From assembly GCF_001194135.2 (NCBI RefSeq), contig NC_068981.1:133445757-133479809 (forward strand): DNA of 34,053 nt. The letters run 5' to 3'. The translations under genes and the position numbers were made by a program. How positions within the stretch are numbered: position 1 is the first letter of the stretch; every line of letters starts with the position of its first letter. The notes beneath the pieces were generated by a model, which ran no database searches, was not told where the DNA came from, and saw only the letters and a list, made by a program, of their open reading frames with translations. Of this stretch, positions 22,295 through 34,053 are shown one piece after another. The DNA comes from Octopus bimaculoides. Lineage: Eukaryota.

Positions 22295-22398
22295 ATAAAA
22301 ACATTTACCATCTATATTCCGAACCAGGTTTCAAGTTATTTTAGCAAAACAAATTATTTTGAAACCTGGTTCGGAATATAGATGGTAAATGTTTTTAT
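22295..22398. repeat. Perfect inverted repeat, 40-bp arms, 24-bp spacer
   Basis: ataaaaacatttaccatctatattccgaaccaggtttcaa (22295-22334) and ttgaaacctggttcggaatatagatggtaaatgtttttat (22359-22398); base-by-base check found no mismatch. Confidence 0.97.
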
Positions 22399-22696
22399 TT
22401 TCCATTCCCTTTCGAAATTATCCCTAATTGTGGTGTAGAGATTTGGTTGCTCTTTCTAGCGAGTCAGATGTCCTATTATAGGTATCTCTGATGTGTATTA
22501 AATGTACACTGTATTTTAAATGAATAATATATAGTCTGTTGACTAATTTTTTTCTCGCTTGACCACCGGTAGTAAACTGAATTTCTAAAAATTTTTTTAC
22601 TACCCTGAGATTTATTAATTGCGATAAAATGTAAACATATATATGTATATATATTCAAATATATGTATATGTACACCAATGTACATTTATATATAC

Positions 22697-22737
<41 letters not shown>

Positions 22738-23584
22738 NNNNNNNNNNAGCATAAATATCATTTGATGGTTTAGCGAGCAGCCTCAACCTCAAATTTAACC
22801 ATATTATGTCGCACAAAGCTCGGGATTTTGTATTGTACCATTTTTGACGCTGTTTTCAGAAATCCTATTCTTTTGCAATAGTCTTGTTGTACATTTTTTT
22901 TTCTAAAATAATAGATATGATAGCATAAAAACTAATTTAAACATTATTACCTTTCTGATTTGACTACTAGCGCCAATTTTGACTAGATTAATTTCATTGA
23001 CATTTTTAAAGAAACCTTCGCTGTACTTAAATTGATTTTTAAAACATCAGAGATACAGTGATACAAAAACGATATCAGGCATCACCCCCTTTCCGATTTA
23101 TCGACATTTTACATCATAAGTTGTTTCACTGCTGCACGAGTTTTGATGTGTTTTACGGAATTAGATTCCTTTCATTGTCATTCCTTTAAAATAAAAATAG
23201 GAAAAAAAAAGAAATTATATTGCTTAGTAATTACATCAAGGTGTTAGTTTCGCGTTTTTGAACACCTATTTTTATCGTACTTTTCCTACCGAACCAATTT
23301 TCTTTTGTAATATCTCAAAATGTAACAAAACCAGTTCCTTTCCAATGAACTAAACCACATTCGATTTAGTCAAAAGTTTCATTAGCTAGAGGGCGTAGAA
23401 GTGGACGCGAAAAAGTAAATGTTCACCTTGACGGTATTACTCGTCCACTGCTGTGTGTAAATGATACATATATGTATATATGAATGTACGTATGCATGCA
23501 TGTATGTATGTATGCATCTATCTATGCATCATGTATTATAGATTATCATAAAATTACTGATATACAATAGTCTGAAAGTCATTA

Positions 23585-23625
23585 ATATATATATATATAT
23601 ATATATATATACTTGCATTTACTTG

Positions 23626-23705
<80 letters not shown>
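23585..23705. repeat. Interrupted (TA)n microsatellite
   Basis: Directly visible. Confidence 0.95.
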
Positions 23706-23708
<3 letters not shown>

Positions 23709-24299
23709 GGTATGTGTGAATGTGTATGTACATAAATATTAACCCATACGAATACTGACAGCTAAAAGCAATATCGTTGAATAAATGTGTTGAAATATTA
23801 ACGTTGAAATTGCTGTTGAAGATTTCCCTTTGAACCTGATGAAAAGTGCAGATAGAGAAAAATTGTAAGAATAAGCTCGGTTCAACTATTTGATTCTATT
23901 CCACTGATCTGTGCAATTTCTTTTTTCTTTTGTCATTTCATATTTAGTACAGATACGATATTGATGGATGCTTTTCAAGTGTGAATAATCCAAGATGAAA
24001 GTACCTTTAAATCAGTCTTTACTAAAAGTTCTTCTGACATCTCCTCGCAGAATTGTAAGAATAGTTGTTTATAAGATTATTTATAGTAACTGTAGCAGTA
24101 GTACTTTTATTAGAATCTCATAGACATTCAATAAGCATTTCTACTGCTATTATAATGCAGCGTCATTTACATTAAATTATCACAGCATTCCACATTGAAA
24201 ATATTAACTACTTACCTTGAATATTGCTCGAAAAAACACTTCGAAATTTCAGTATATTATAAATGTAATAATGCAATACAAACCCCTTATGTGCAACCA

Positions 24300-25320
24300 T
24301 TTCTTTTAATAAGTCTTTTAATCCGAATAGAATGATACAAATTTTCGTAGTAAAACAGCACAAGTTGTACTCGCCTGTGCAATTTTTTTTCTCATTTTTA
24401 ATCTATTTTCATCTATCATGTCAAACATATAAACTAGAGTTATGATTAGTCGCAAGGGTAGACATTGTACCACTTTTTGACAGCTCCAAATACTATATTA
24501 ACTTTTTTTCCCCTGTTGTTTAATCAGGTTTCTCGGAAGAATTTAGTGACGGGAAAAAAATGCTACAAGCATACCGATTTGATTCAGAGATATTGGCCTC
24601 AGAAGAGCTCATTTCGACTCCATAATAACTGGTTTTGAATCTTTGATTATTGATATAAACTCCTCTGAGAGAGAAAAATTAGGGATTAATTAGAGGTTTT
24701 AGTCTTTCAGAGAAGTGCAGAATCCACCGAGAATGATATTCAAACAGAACTGAAACACGAGATAAGGATTGATCATTTCTAGGCATGAGTATGATTTTAA
24801 GTGAATTTAAACGTGGCGAAAGGGAATAACGTAATTCGTTATGGCTAATTTGATAACCTAGAATACAAATATATTTTGTGGAAAACTTACATTTATTGTA
24901 ATTCAGTATCATATTAGGTTTCCGAGCAGTATCTAAGAACTTAAATTGATTTTTGTTATGTTTGTCTTTTGCTATATTACATACAGTGGAGTTAACCAAA
25001 TAGATATATGTGACTTTGAACTCGTACACACAAATAAGACTGCTTGTAAATCGCTGCAAACATGCACTACTGTTTGTAAGACTTAAACTAAGACTTTATG
25101 ACAGAAACAGTTTACTTTAACATTGGAATGCAACACTTCAGAAGCTTTCGGTACTACAACCTGTTTTGAAGTCGTAGACTGCTTAAATTTCTTAAACAAT
25201 CCGGTAACATCGAGTAGTAAACTCGAGATAAAACTATTTATGGTAGGAATATCTTGTTGTAATTGCAGAATCTCGTGGGAATTCAATATCTATTTCTATT
25301 ACGATATAGAATTATTTACA
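24300..25320 (-). pseudogene. Ty3/gypsy LTR-retrotransposon pol relic (RT + RNase H)
   Basis: SLTNSSACLQRF (cf. PFGLTN..A.FQR); TYIYLVN (decayed AYLDN/YLDD); LNYNKCKFSTKYICILGYQIS; SRWILHFSERLKPL; then LNQIGMLVAFFSR and GAVKKW (RNase H). No LTRs recognised. Confidence 0.8.
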
Positions 25321-25799
25321 TAAAATTATTACAGCTGATATATTGTCCCCAACAATAGCAACTATTCACTAAAAAATGCTAAGAAAAAGAAAGAAAAACT
25401 CTGCAGTCCTGTGAGAAAACCCATCATAACACTTGAATTATTTTAGCGTATTCTTCTTCAAACTGCTTTTTATATATCTATAATTTTCTTCTCTCCCACT
25501 TTTCTTCTTTTTTTTTTTACTTTAGTTTTCTATCTTCTCTCTATATCACACTGTTTCTCTGTATATATTTGTCACACATTTCTAAACAAAGTTTTAGTTT
25601 TCAGTTGCAGGTTTATCATAACTAGCGGTAAAGGTATAGTGCACTTCAGGAAAATCTTTTCTTTGGTGATTCATTGTGGGTTCAATGAATGACACAAATC
25701 TGATCGACATCTCTGTGAGATGTTGATGGAGCTGAAAATTTCAATAGCAACACGCTACGCCAGAGTTCAAGACCTACCTCTGAGGTTTGTCTTTAGGGT

Positions 25800-26660
25800 C
25801 ATAACGAGTCAGTTCATTGTTAGTTCTATTTTCAATCACCCTCTATGTAAGAAATTAATTACAAATTATCAATTAGATATTTTCTACACCTACCTAGATT
25901 GTGGCCACTTTTATTATGTGATAACAATAGTCTCTCATTTATGTAATCTCCAAGCTATAGCAGGCCAGTCTGTGTCTGTGTGAGTTTAGAATAAATAATG
26001 CATGATAGCATTCAGCACATCACATTTTATTTGACGGAGCACTTTGATATCCAGTCTAACTGGATAATTACTAATTTTCTCAATCATCAGCGGGTGTGAC
26101 ACATACATAATGAATGGATTTTATGACACTCTCATAACTTTAATACTGACCTCCCTTGTGAACAACGGTTGTTGGCTACCATTCCGTATATCAGGATTTT
26201 TAATATTCATCTGACCTTTATTCGAATAATGTATCACGTTCACCTGAACTTGCTCTTGACGATTCTATGCCATTTAAGTACGGTCGTGTTTGGTACGCTG
26301 TCCATGACATGCCTCAGATTTTGGAAGTAGTTTGTTTATGGAAGTCTTGATTTATTCACAATTTGGCAGTACTGCGTTTAAATCTCACTACTGTGTAAAG
26401 GCATTTTTAGGACGACTCTTTTTGTAATTTTTTCTGTGGCTGAGGAGCAGCGCCTTTAACCCTTTAATTTTTCAAGTCCTCCAAAAGTAAGAAAGAAGTT
26501 GTCCTTGAATCGAAGACCTGAGCTCAATGCTTACTACACAGTGAATTCCACTAAAGGTACTCAAAGACAAAGATGTTTTTAAACTGGTCGACAGATCCAG
26601 TATAGACTGATCTTTATGCTCGTGTGAATGACATGATTTAACCTGAGTATGTGGTACAGT
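25800..26660 (+). pseudogene. Possible highly decayed L2/Rex1-like LINE RT
   Basis: Only weak motif echoes across frames: SSIFNHPLCKKL (cf. SSAFNTI.P..L..KL), WIITNFLNHQRV (cf. WI.DFL..R.QRV), LDDS (cf. ADDT). Boundaries uncertain. Confidence 0.3.
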
Positions 26661-26789
26661 ATGGTTACTTTTCATATCAATCTCTACTATTTAAAGGCAC
26701 AGTAAAAAATTCCATTTCTGCTTGTGCATCACCACCTTACCGTTTTCCAAACTGCACTTTTTCATGCCAGTACAGTCGACAAATGTCCA

Positions 26790-26809
26790 CCTAACCCTAA
26801 CCCTAATCC
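26790..26809. repeat. Three telomere-like CCCTAA units (interstitial)
   Basis: cctaaccctaaccctaatcc. Confidence 0.7.
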
Positions 26810-27880
26810 TTCGCCCCTGCACAGACCAACAACCGTCTCTGCCGCTGCCTTCAAACCGACTCATCACCTACAGTTTCTTCTTTCTTCCTTACTTTTCTCT
26901 CTTAATAGTGCCTGCAACTTCTTTAACTTCTTCGTCCACTCCGATACTTCTCTCCCCTGCGTCTCTCAAACAGATCAACGTCCTGATCCCGGTTCTGTTG
27001 CGACATTTATCTTCTCATTTCAACACTATCAAACTCGCTGGACCCGACATCAACGACTTATTCCATACTATATATTTTCGGTTGTTATCTTTTTTTCTTT
27101 CTCAGATTATCTATCTCGGGCTTTTCCCTTCCGGGCTTAACATTGTTGAGTTTAAGTGTTTTTCCCTGGTGCGCTTTTAACATATACACCACATCCTCGC
27201 CCCTCAAAATACTATTTACACCAGCCGTTTCTAATTCACATTTGCACACAAAGACCTCACAACTCTGGAAAACGCTCAAGTTGTTTTTCTTTAATCGTTA
27301 CGCGCTTTCAAATACGCTGCTCACATTCCACGTGTGTTCAAAATCTTAACACCACGTCCCCAACATATTTATTCACAAAACACGCATTAAACAGTCTCAT
27401 AGGCATTCACACTACTCACGTATACATTCATATGCACAATAACACCGCTCTTGCAATAACACTACTTTCGATATTTACATATCTTTTTCTTTGAGTTTGC
27501 TTTTATCGTATTTCTTTTACATTTTTGTTTTTCTTGTTTTTACTTTTTACTGTCACTCTTTTTTTTATTTTGTTCCTTCCCTGTAGAAACTTAAATAATT
27601 TTTCAAACAATTGTAAACGTATTTTAAAACTTTATTTGGTTTCATTTTTCCTTGTCTATTTTATTGTTTATTTACATGAATACAGTGGATTTTAAGAAAT
27701 AGGCACTTGAACGTTTCTGTGTTTGTGCGTGTGCGTGCGAGTATGTGTTTCTGTGTATGCAGCTGTATGCAGCTGTATGCATGCACATTGATATGGAATT
27801 AATAAGTATACACTGTATTCTTTAAAGTGCATATGAATGTATGTGTGAATGTACGTACGTATGTATGTATGTATGTATGT

Positions 27881-27993
27881 CATTGTTCAGTTTTATTTCA
27901 AAATTTCTTGCCAATAGAGAAGGAAGCGGTTTTTAACTTAGATCCAAGGCTCCTTCATTGGAATTTCAACATCAGTAACAGTGTTTTTGCTTG

Positions 27994-28027
<34 letters not shown>

Positions 28028-28538
28028 TTCATTATGTACGTATGTATGTATGCATGTATGTATGTATGTATGCATGTATGCATGTATGTATGCATGTATA
28101 AGTGCAGATTAGTATGTTTTGCTTTATGTTTGTATTCTCATGCATATAGTTGCATATCTAGACATGCTCATATATATCTAAATGATAAATTTCTGGAAAG
28201 TTTTACAGATATTTTCAGTACCAGTGATAGATTAGATCTGTAGTCTTCGAATTAGCTTTATCCTTTCTGGTTTTGAGAAGCCTAATTTCTCAAGATCGAG
28301 ATTTCGGCAGTGTGTTACATACTCCATGGCCCACATAATTACAACTAAAAACGTGAACTTGTAATCTGGATAGCGTAACTGCAGATTTTACAATAGTTCA
28401 GTGAAGGTATTGTCTTTTTCACTGATCTTCAACTTTTGTTAGCATCCGCTGGACAGCTAATTTCCACAGCTGTTTCACTTCTCAACCCCAAATCATTTTA
28501 TCAGGTCTGTTGTGCTTACGTTTTATTGAGGTTTTCAA
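27881..28538 (-). mobile_element. 5'-truncated RLE-type LINE 3' end, copy 2 (older), ending in (CATA)n
   Basis: RKHNRPDKMIWG* / AVEISCPADAN / LKISEKDNTFTELL*NLQLRYPDYKF...LEKLGFS...LIRRLQI*SITGTENICKTFQKFII* (stop 28178-28180). 3' UTR contains an internal (CATA)n; terminal segment 27881-27995. Confidence 0.85.
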
Positions 28539-28539
28539 A

Positions 28540-28593
28540 TGTATGTATGTATGTATGTATGTATGTATGTATGTATGTATGTGTGTGTGTGTG

Positions 28594-28629
<36 letters not shown>

Positions 28630-28651
28630 TGTGTATATGTATGTGTGTGTG

Positions 28652-28683
<32 letters not shown>
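28540..28683. repeat. (TATG)n array between the two RLE LINE copies
   Basis: Directly visible; similar arrays at 27851-27880 and 27996-28100. Confidence 0.95.
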
Positions 28684-29095
28684 AGTCTTCTATTTTCTAT
28701 TATTAGATATCCTCCACTGAGGAGGTAGCGGGTTTCCAACAAAGATACAAGGCTCCACCTTTGAGATATAGTTAACACAGACTGATTCACATTTGGAACT
28801 TGAGAAAAGTCTTGCATATTTTTACTGTTCCACACACAGATTGCACTTGTAATGTACGAATTAGCCGGTCGATTTCTCTTTCTGAAAATCCCAGTTTATC
28901 CAGATCCTCCTTTAAGCATTTACTAACAAAACCTTCTGCTCCAATTATTATTGGTATACATATAAAATCGTAGTCTGGATATAGAAGCTGGAGATGTCGA
29001 AGAAGTTCTCCATAGTTATCCTCTTTTTCTTTGATTTTCAAAGCGATATTTATATCTGCAGGGCAGCTAGCCTCTATGATGGTACATACGTTTAC
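28684..29095 (-). mobile_element. 5'-truncated RLE-type LINE 3' end, copy 1 (stop-free frame), ending in (CATA)n
   Basis: VCTIIEASCPADINIALKIKEKEDNYGELLRHLQLLYPDYDFICIPIIIGAEGFVSKCLKEDLDKLGFSEREIDRLIRTLQVQSVCGTVKICKTFLKFQM* (stop at 28787), ~100-bp 3' UTR, then (CATA)n. Confidence 0.88.
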
Positions 29096-29099
29096 CTAT

Positions 29100-29120
29100 G
29101 CTTGTATGTATGTATGTAGG

Positions 29121-29154
<34 letters not shown>

Positions 29155-29245
29155 TGTATGTATGTTTGTATGTATGTATGTATGTATGTATGTATGTATG
29201 CATGTATGTATGCATGCATGTATGTCTACCTTTATGTATGCATGT
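29100..29245. repeat. (TATG)n array on the 5' side of RLE copy 1
   Basis: Directly visible. Confidence 0.95.
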
Positions 29246-29689
29246 ACAAATTTAAACATAATTCTGAGTACCAATTTCTATCTATAGATTCTATACATAA
29301 GGTAAAAGCCACATGAATTCTGATATATGTATATACGTGTGCATATTAGTGGGCATTTATTTTCAACTTCTTAATGACTTCTGCGAAAACCCTTGTGTCA
29401 AGATGTATCGTCCCCTACTATTCCTTTGAAAATCATGAGTGACGTCAAGAATGGAGATTTGGTGCCTAAGCAATTGCTGTTGAATTTAAACATGTGATTA
29501 TATCTCTGTCTCTGTCAATCAACAAAGCAATGAATCAGTCTATGACTCAATCAATCAATCGTTCTCTCTGTATGTATGTATCTATCTACCTATCTACCTA
29601 CCTACTTACACACATACATTTATCTATCTAACTATATATCTATCTTACCAATCTAGCTAGCTAGCCAACTAGTTATATGCACTTCCCCA

Positions 29690-29799
29690 CATTTTCCCGT
29701 CAACCAAATTCATTGATAAGGAATTAGCCGGCACGTTGAACTAAAGGCGGTGCTCCAGTATGACTGCGGTCAAATGACTGAAACGAGTAAAAGAGTATA
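29690..29799. mobile_element. Two SINE family B fragments fused in opposite orientations
   Basis: ttcccgtcaaccaaattcattgataagg resembles 21720-21750 (minus-sense); it is followed by ctaaaggcggtgctccagtatgactgcggtcaaatgactgaaacgagtaaaagag (plus-sense 3' end). Confidence 0.7.
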
Positions 29800-30194
29800 N
29801 NNNNNNNNNNNNNNNNNNNNNNNNNNNNNNNNNNNNNNNNNNNNNNNNNNNNNNNNNNNNNNNNNNNNNNNNNNNNNNNNNNNNNNNNNNNNNNNNNNNN
29901 NNNNNNNNNNNNNNNNNNNNNNNNNNNNNNNNNNNNNNNNNNNNNNNNNNNNNNNNNNNNNNNNNNNNNNNNNNNNNNNNNNNNNNNNNNNNNNNNNNNN
30001 NNNNNNNNNNNNNNNNNNNNNNNNNNNNNNNNNNNNNNNNNNNNNNNNNNNNNNNNNNNNNNNNNNNNNNNNNNNNNNNNNNNNNNNNNNNNNNNNNNNN
30101 NNNNNNNNNNACTATGAGGATTTTGTAATTATTCTCGAACAAGCACACAGTAGACTTGTTTATAGCGACCAAATGCTTGTGTTCACATTAGTTA

Positions 30195-30394
30195 CCCCCC
30201 CCTCCCCCTCCATAAAATCGACTTTACTTGTACAGGTGCACAACGTGTCACATGCAGATGACGAAACGACCACAGGGCAATGTGAAATGAAGTATTTGCT
30301 CAAAAACCCAACACAACGCCCAGTTCTGAGAATCGAAACTACGCTCACAGAATCTTGTGTGCAACACCCTCACCGCTAAGTCACGCGCCTTCAC
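30195..30394 (-). mobile_element. tRNA-derived SINE, family C
   Basis: Minus strand begins GTGAAGGCGCGTGACTTAGCGGTGAGGGTGTTGCAC...GTTTCGATTCTC (tRNA-like A and B boxes) followed by a non-tRNA body. Confidence 0.7.
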
Positions 30395-30409
30395 TATATA
30401 TATATGATA

Positions 30410-30455
<46 letters not shown>

Positions 30456-30683
30456 TATGCATGTTTGTGTGTTAAAAACAATATACATATAAATACGTAG
30501 ACACACTCACATACACACACACATATGCATGTATGTGTGTTCATGCATTTGTGTGTTTATATACATACGTATATCGCAATATGATAATATGAAATATTTT
30601 AATAAATATGTTTAATTTTTGTTATTTATATTTCTTCATAACTGCATCGACGTAACTTTGAAAATCGTTCTTCAATCGTAGAC

Positions 30684-30709
30684 GCGTGAGTGAGTGTGTG
30701 CATGTGCGT

Positions 30710-30746
<37 letters not shown>

Positions 30747-30850
30747 TGTGTCTGTGTGTCTGTGTGTGTGTCTGTGTGTGTGTCTGTGTGTGTGTCTGTG
30801 TGTGTCTGTGTGTGTGTGTGTGTGTGTGCGTGTGTGCGCGCGTGAGCGTG
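30684..30850. repeat. (TG)n/(TGTC)n microsatellite
   Basis: Directly visible. Confidence 0.95.
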
Positions 30851-31035
30851 TAGGAGAGGGATCCAATATTTAGATATTTCGTATATAAGTTTATATAAAT
30901 TTATATGTGTGTAAAGAAGTGTGCATGTGTGTGATGTACAGCCATCTTTCTTAAGTGGATATGCAATAGTATCATGCACCATATTTTCGCTAATTGTTTT
31001 AGGTGAGTAAACGTTAATGCAATGTGAAATAAAGT

Positions 31036-31120
31036 GCCTTGTCTAATGATGCAAAACGTCGCCCGGAGAAAAGATTCGAACCTATACCTTAATCATTGTG
31101 ATCCTCATAAAGTTACCTTA
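31036..31120 (-). mobile_element. Possible decayed tRNA-derived SINE head
   Basis: Minus-strand GGTTCGAATC B-box followed by ccgggcgacg...agacaaggcac. Short and degenerate. Confidence 0.35.
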
Positions 31121-31259
31121 ACACACACGTACATTCACACACATACACACGAATACCTATACACCCACGCATATACAAACATACACGCAAGCACAAACAT
31201 ATACACACGAATACAATTACATACACAAGAACACAACACGTATACAAATAGAGGGAAAG

Positions 31260-31354
31260 AGAGAGGGGAGAGAGAGACAGGCAGACAGACAAACAGACAA
31301 ACAGACAAACAGACAAACAGACAAACAGACAGTCAGATAGACACAGAGATAAGC

Positions 31355-31412
<58 letters not shown>
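31260..31412. repeat. (GA)n-(GACA/AACA)n-(GATA)n compound microsatellite
   Basis: Directly visible. Confidence 0.95.
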
Positions 31413-31414
<2 letters not shown>

Positions 31415-31635
31415 TCCCTGCAATCTCCACCTACGTTTCCGTTTTTCTTCTTATTGTTTAATAACCCTTTCGCATTCTTTCCTTTCTCTATTTATCATTA
31501 CACTAAATTGATTTCTATTTATTTTTATATATTTCGATCTTTCTTCAAATCAATAATTCTTATTGTTTCATGTCACATTGACTCACTTTCTTTTGTTCTC
31601 CTTTCAATGTTTCTTTATATTTCTTCATCCCATTC

Positions 31636-31638
<3 letters not shown>

Positions 31639-31680
<42 letters not shown>

Positions 31681-31757
31681 TCTCTCTCTTTCTCTCCCTC
31701 CCTCTCTCTCTCTTTCTCTCTCTCTTTCGCTATCTGTCTATCTCTCTATATCTCTCA
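31639..31757. repeat. (CT)n polypyrimidine microsatellite
   Basis: Directly visible. Confidence 0.95.
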
Positions 31758-32499
31758 GTTATAATGTAGCATCACCAGTTCCTTTATTATTGTCAGATGT
31801 ACCCAGCTCAACAATCACATTAGTGCCGAACGTTATGAATTGAGATTCTTAGAATGTATTCACTTTTTGAATGACAGAAAGCGATAAAGAAAGCTGGAAC
31901 GAAAGAAAGAAAGAATGAAAGAAAATATTAGAGCTAGATTGGAAAAGAGAGCGGGAGGATGGAGAGAGAGGAAAGGAGGAGATAGAACGTTAGATATAGA
32001 TAAACAGATAAACAGATATAAACTGAATTGTAGAAAATTGATAAGGGATTTGACTTCGGTATCTTTCGATCATCAACTAATCATTTAGCCGAATTAGGTT
32101 AGCAGATTTTTATATTTCATGTCATTATTTCTAAAATCTGAAAGAAGAATAATTCCCCTCTCTTTAGGGAACAAACATTGAATGAATATTTCAAAGAACA
32201 CTATGGAAGATGTCAGATTAATGCCGAACTTATTCCCATTCATATTCTTTAAACCTTTTATCTCTTTGACATATTTATGACTTCATTTTATTTTAAACTA
32301 ACACAGCCTAATTCTCTCCGGATTCTATTTAGAATGAGAATTCGGTTTTGAAATTATAACTGTTAACTTTTCGCAACTCATTTTGTTAGATCTGCAATTT
32401 CGCCCCGATAGCTTCATTGTTAACTACGTTGAAATAACAGTTTCTTTTGACAAATCACAAGGCTTCTGAATGGGTAATTTGCGCAGTATGTGATTATGT

Positions 32500-32620
32500 A
32501 CATGTTTTTAAAATCGATCCCGAAAGGTTAAAAGTCAATTTCGACCCAAGCAGCATTTGAATGCAGAAACTACGCAGTCGCAAAACATTTATATCGGCGT
32601 TCTTCCGCTTCTGCCATTTT
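32500..32620 (-). mobile_element. Degenerate SINE family A
   Basis: aatcgatcccgaaaggttaaaagtcaatttcgacccaagcagcatttgaatgcagaa...ccgcttctgcca. Confidence 0.65.
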
Positions 32621-33403
32621 ACCTTACTGAGAATATATTCCCCTCAACAGCGTAGGAGAAATAAGCTTGTATCAAAGAACAACCGAAATTAAGTTATATG
32701 AAACTCACATATAACACTAAGTCATTAGATTTTAGTGGTTAAATACTAACAAGTAACTATTTAGAAGTTACATAGAATCACAAGGCGAAAAGTCGATAAT
32801 ATTACTTCTAAGCCACTATATCTATATTTCTGTTTTCAGATTATATGAAGAGTATATCAATTCTTTCTCAAAGTTTTATGTACGAGAGGCAAAGATCCTG
32901 AGAGACCATAGATAAGATTATCAATGCCATATGTTGTAAGCTAATCATTCAACAAGATTGATTTATTTATGGAATTTTGAGTAACACAAAGTTGGGTGAG
33001 ATGGTGTGAGGTGGAGACAAAACTCTTCTTTTCTACTACTTAGAAATAATTATATTTTATTTTGGGATGCAACACTTTATCACCATAGATACGACTCATT
33101 TTACATTGCATGGACACACGAAGAAGAATAGAAACAGAGGATGATTGATTTCATTTTAAGAAGACACGAGCTCGTTTTCATATAAATTATATTTTTATGG
33201 TGAATCCTGAATAGATGTAAGGTTGGAAATGGAGTTAACCTTTTAGCAGCATCTTCTTATGAATGCTTTCACTGGTATTGCAGGAAGTGACAGATATTGA
33301 TTTCTGCAAAAAAAAAAAAAAGAAAATGATGAAATTTCGTATTTCCATATCCATAATAAAACGATGCATCCTTTGTTTCAGTAAATTACATAAACCCGTA
33401 TAT

Positions 33404-33775
<372 letters not shown>

Positions 33776-34018
33776 TATTTACGCGTCGTTAATATTATAT
33801 ACGGTATTTTTAATATAAAGTACATGTCTGAATAGCTAAGAGGGGATTTCTCCACTCATCTGGTTCTTATTATCGGCATACATTGCAAGACTATCCTGTG
33901 GCCGGCACTTATGCACCAAGTCTGATATTCGCTTAATATTGTTGAGTATGCATGTTACTCAGACCTAATGTTACTCAGTTTAAGTACCTCATTCAACTGA
34001 ATCTTAATTTCTTAATTG

Positions 34019-34049
<31 letters not shown>

Positions 34050-34053
34050 ATAT

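Noticed and set aside
26790-26809. True telomere or chromosome-fusion site
   Set aside because: Only three units and no head-to-head inverted array.
30320-30394. tRNA-like heads here and at 10636, 19519 and 21861 as real tRNA genes
   Set aside because: Each continues into a repeated SINE body and lacks a convincing full cloverleaf.

Overview
Eukaryotic, AT-rich, repeat-dominated DNA with eight N-gaps, several abutting microsatellites. I found no host protein-coding gene. The SINE families and microsatellite load look like an Octopus genome (pattern recognition only, not a database result). The window is a transposon graveyard: an uninterrupted gag-like LINE ORF1 with a CCHC knuckle running off the left edge (787->1, absent from the ORF track); three RLE (restriction-like endonuclease) LINE loci; a 5'-truncated RTE LINE flanked by a ~160-bp direct repeat; CR1-like, Ty3/gypsy and mariner relics; a Tigger-like MITE; a long-inverted-repeat element; and about 13 tRNA-derived SINE copies or fragments from three families. 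Most long ORFs in the supplied track are artefacts of microsatellites or N-runs. Best leads: (1) two head-to-tail RLE LINE 3' ends, each bounded by (ACAT)n, suggesting a microsatellite-targeting retrotransposon; (2) the very long apparent target-site duplication around the RTE copy; (3) a perfect 40-bp-arm palindrome; (4) the intact ORF1. None is demonstrably a new biological system from sequence alone.
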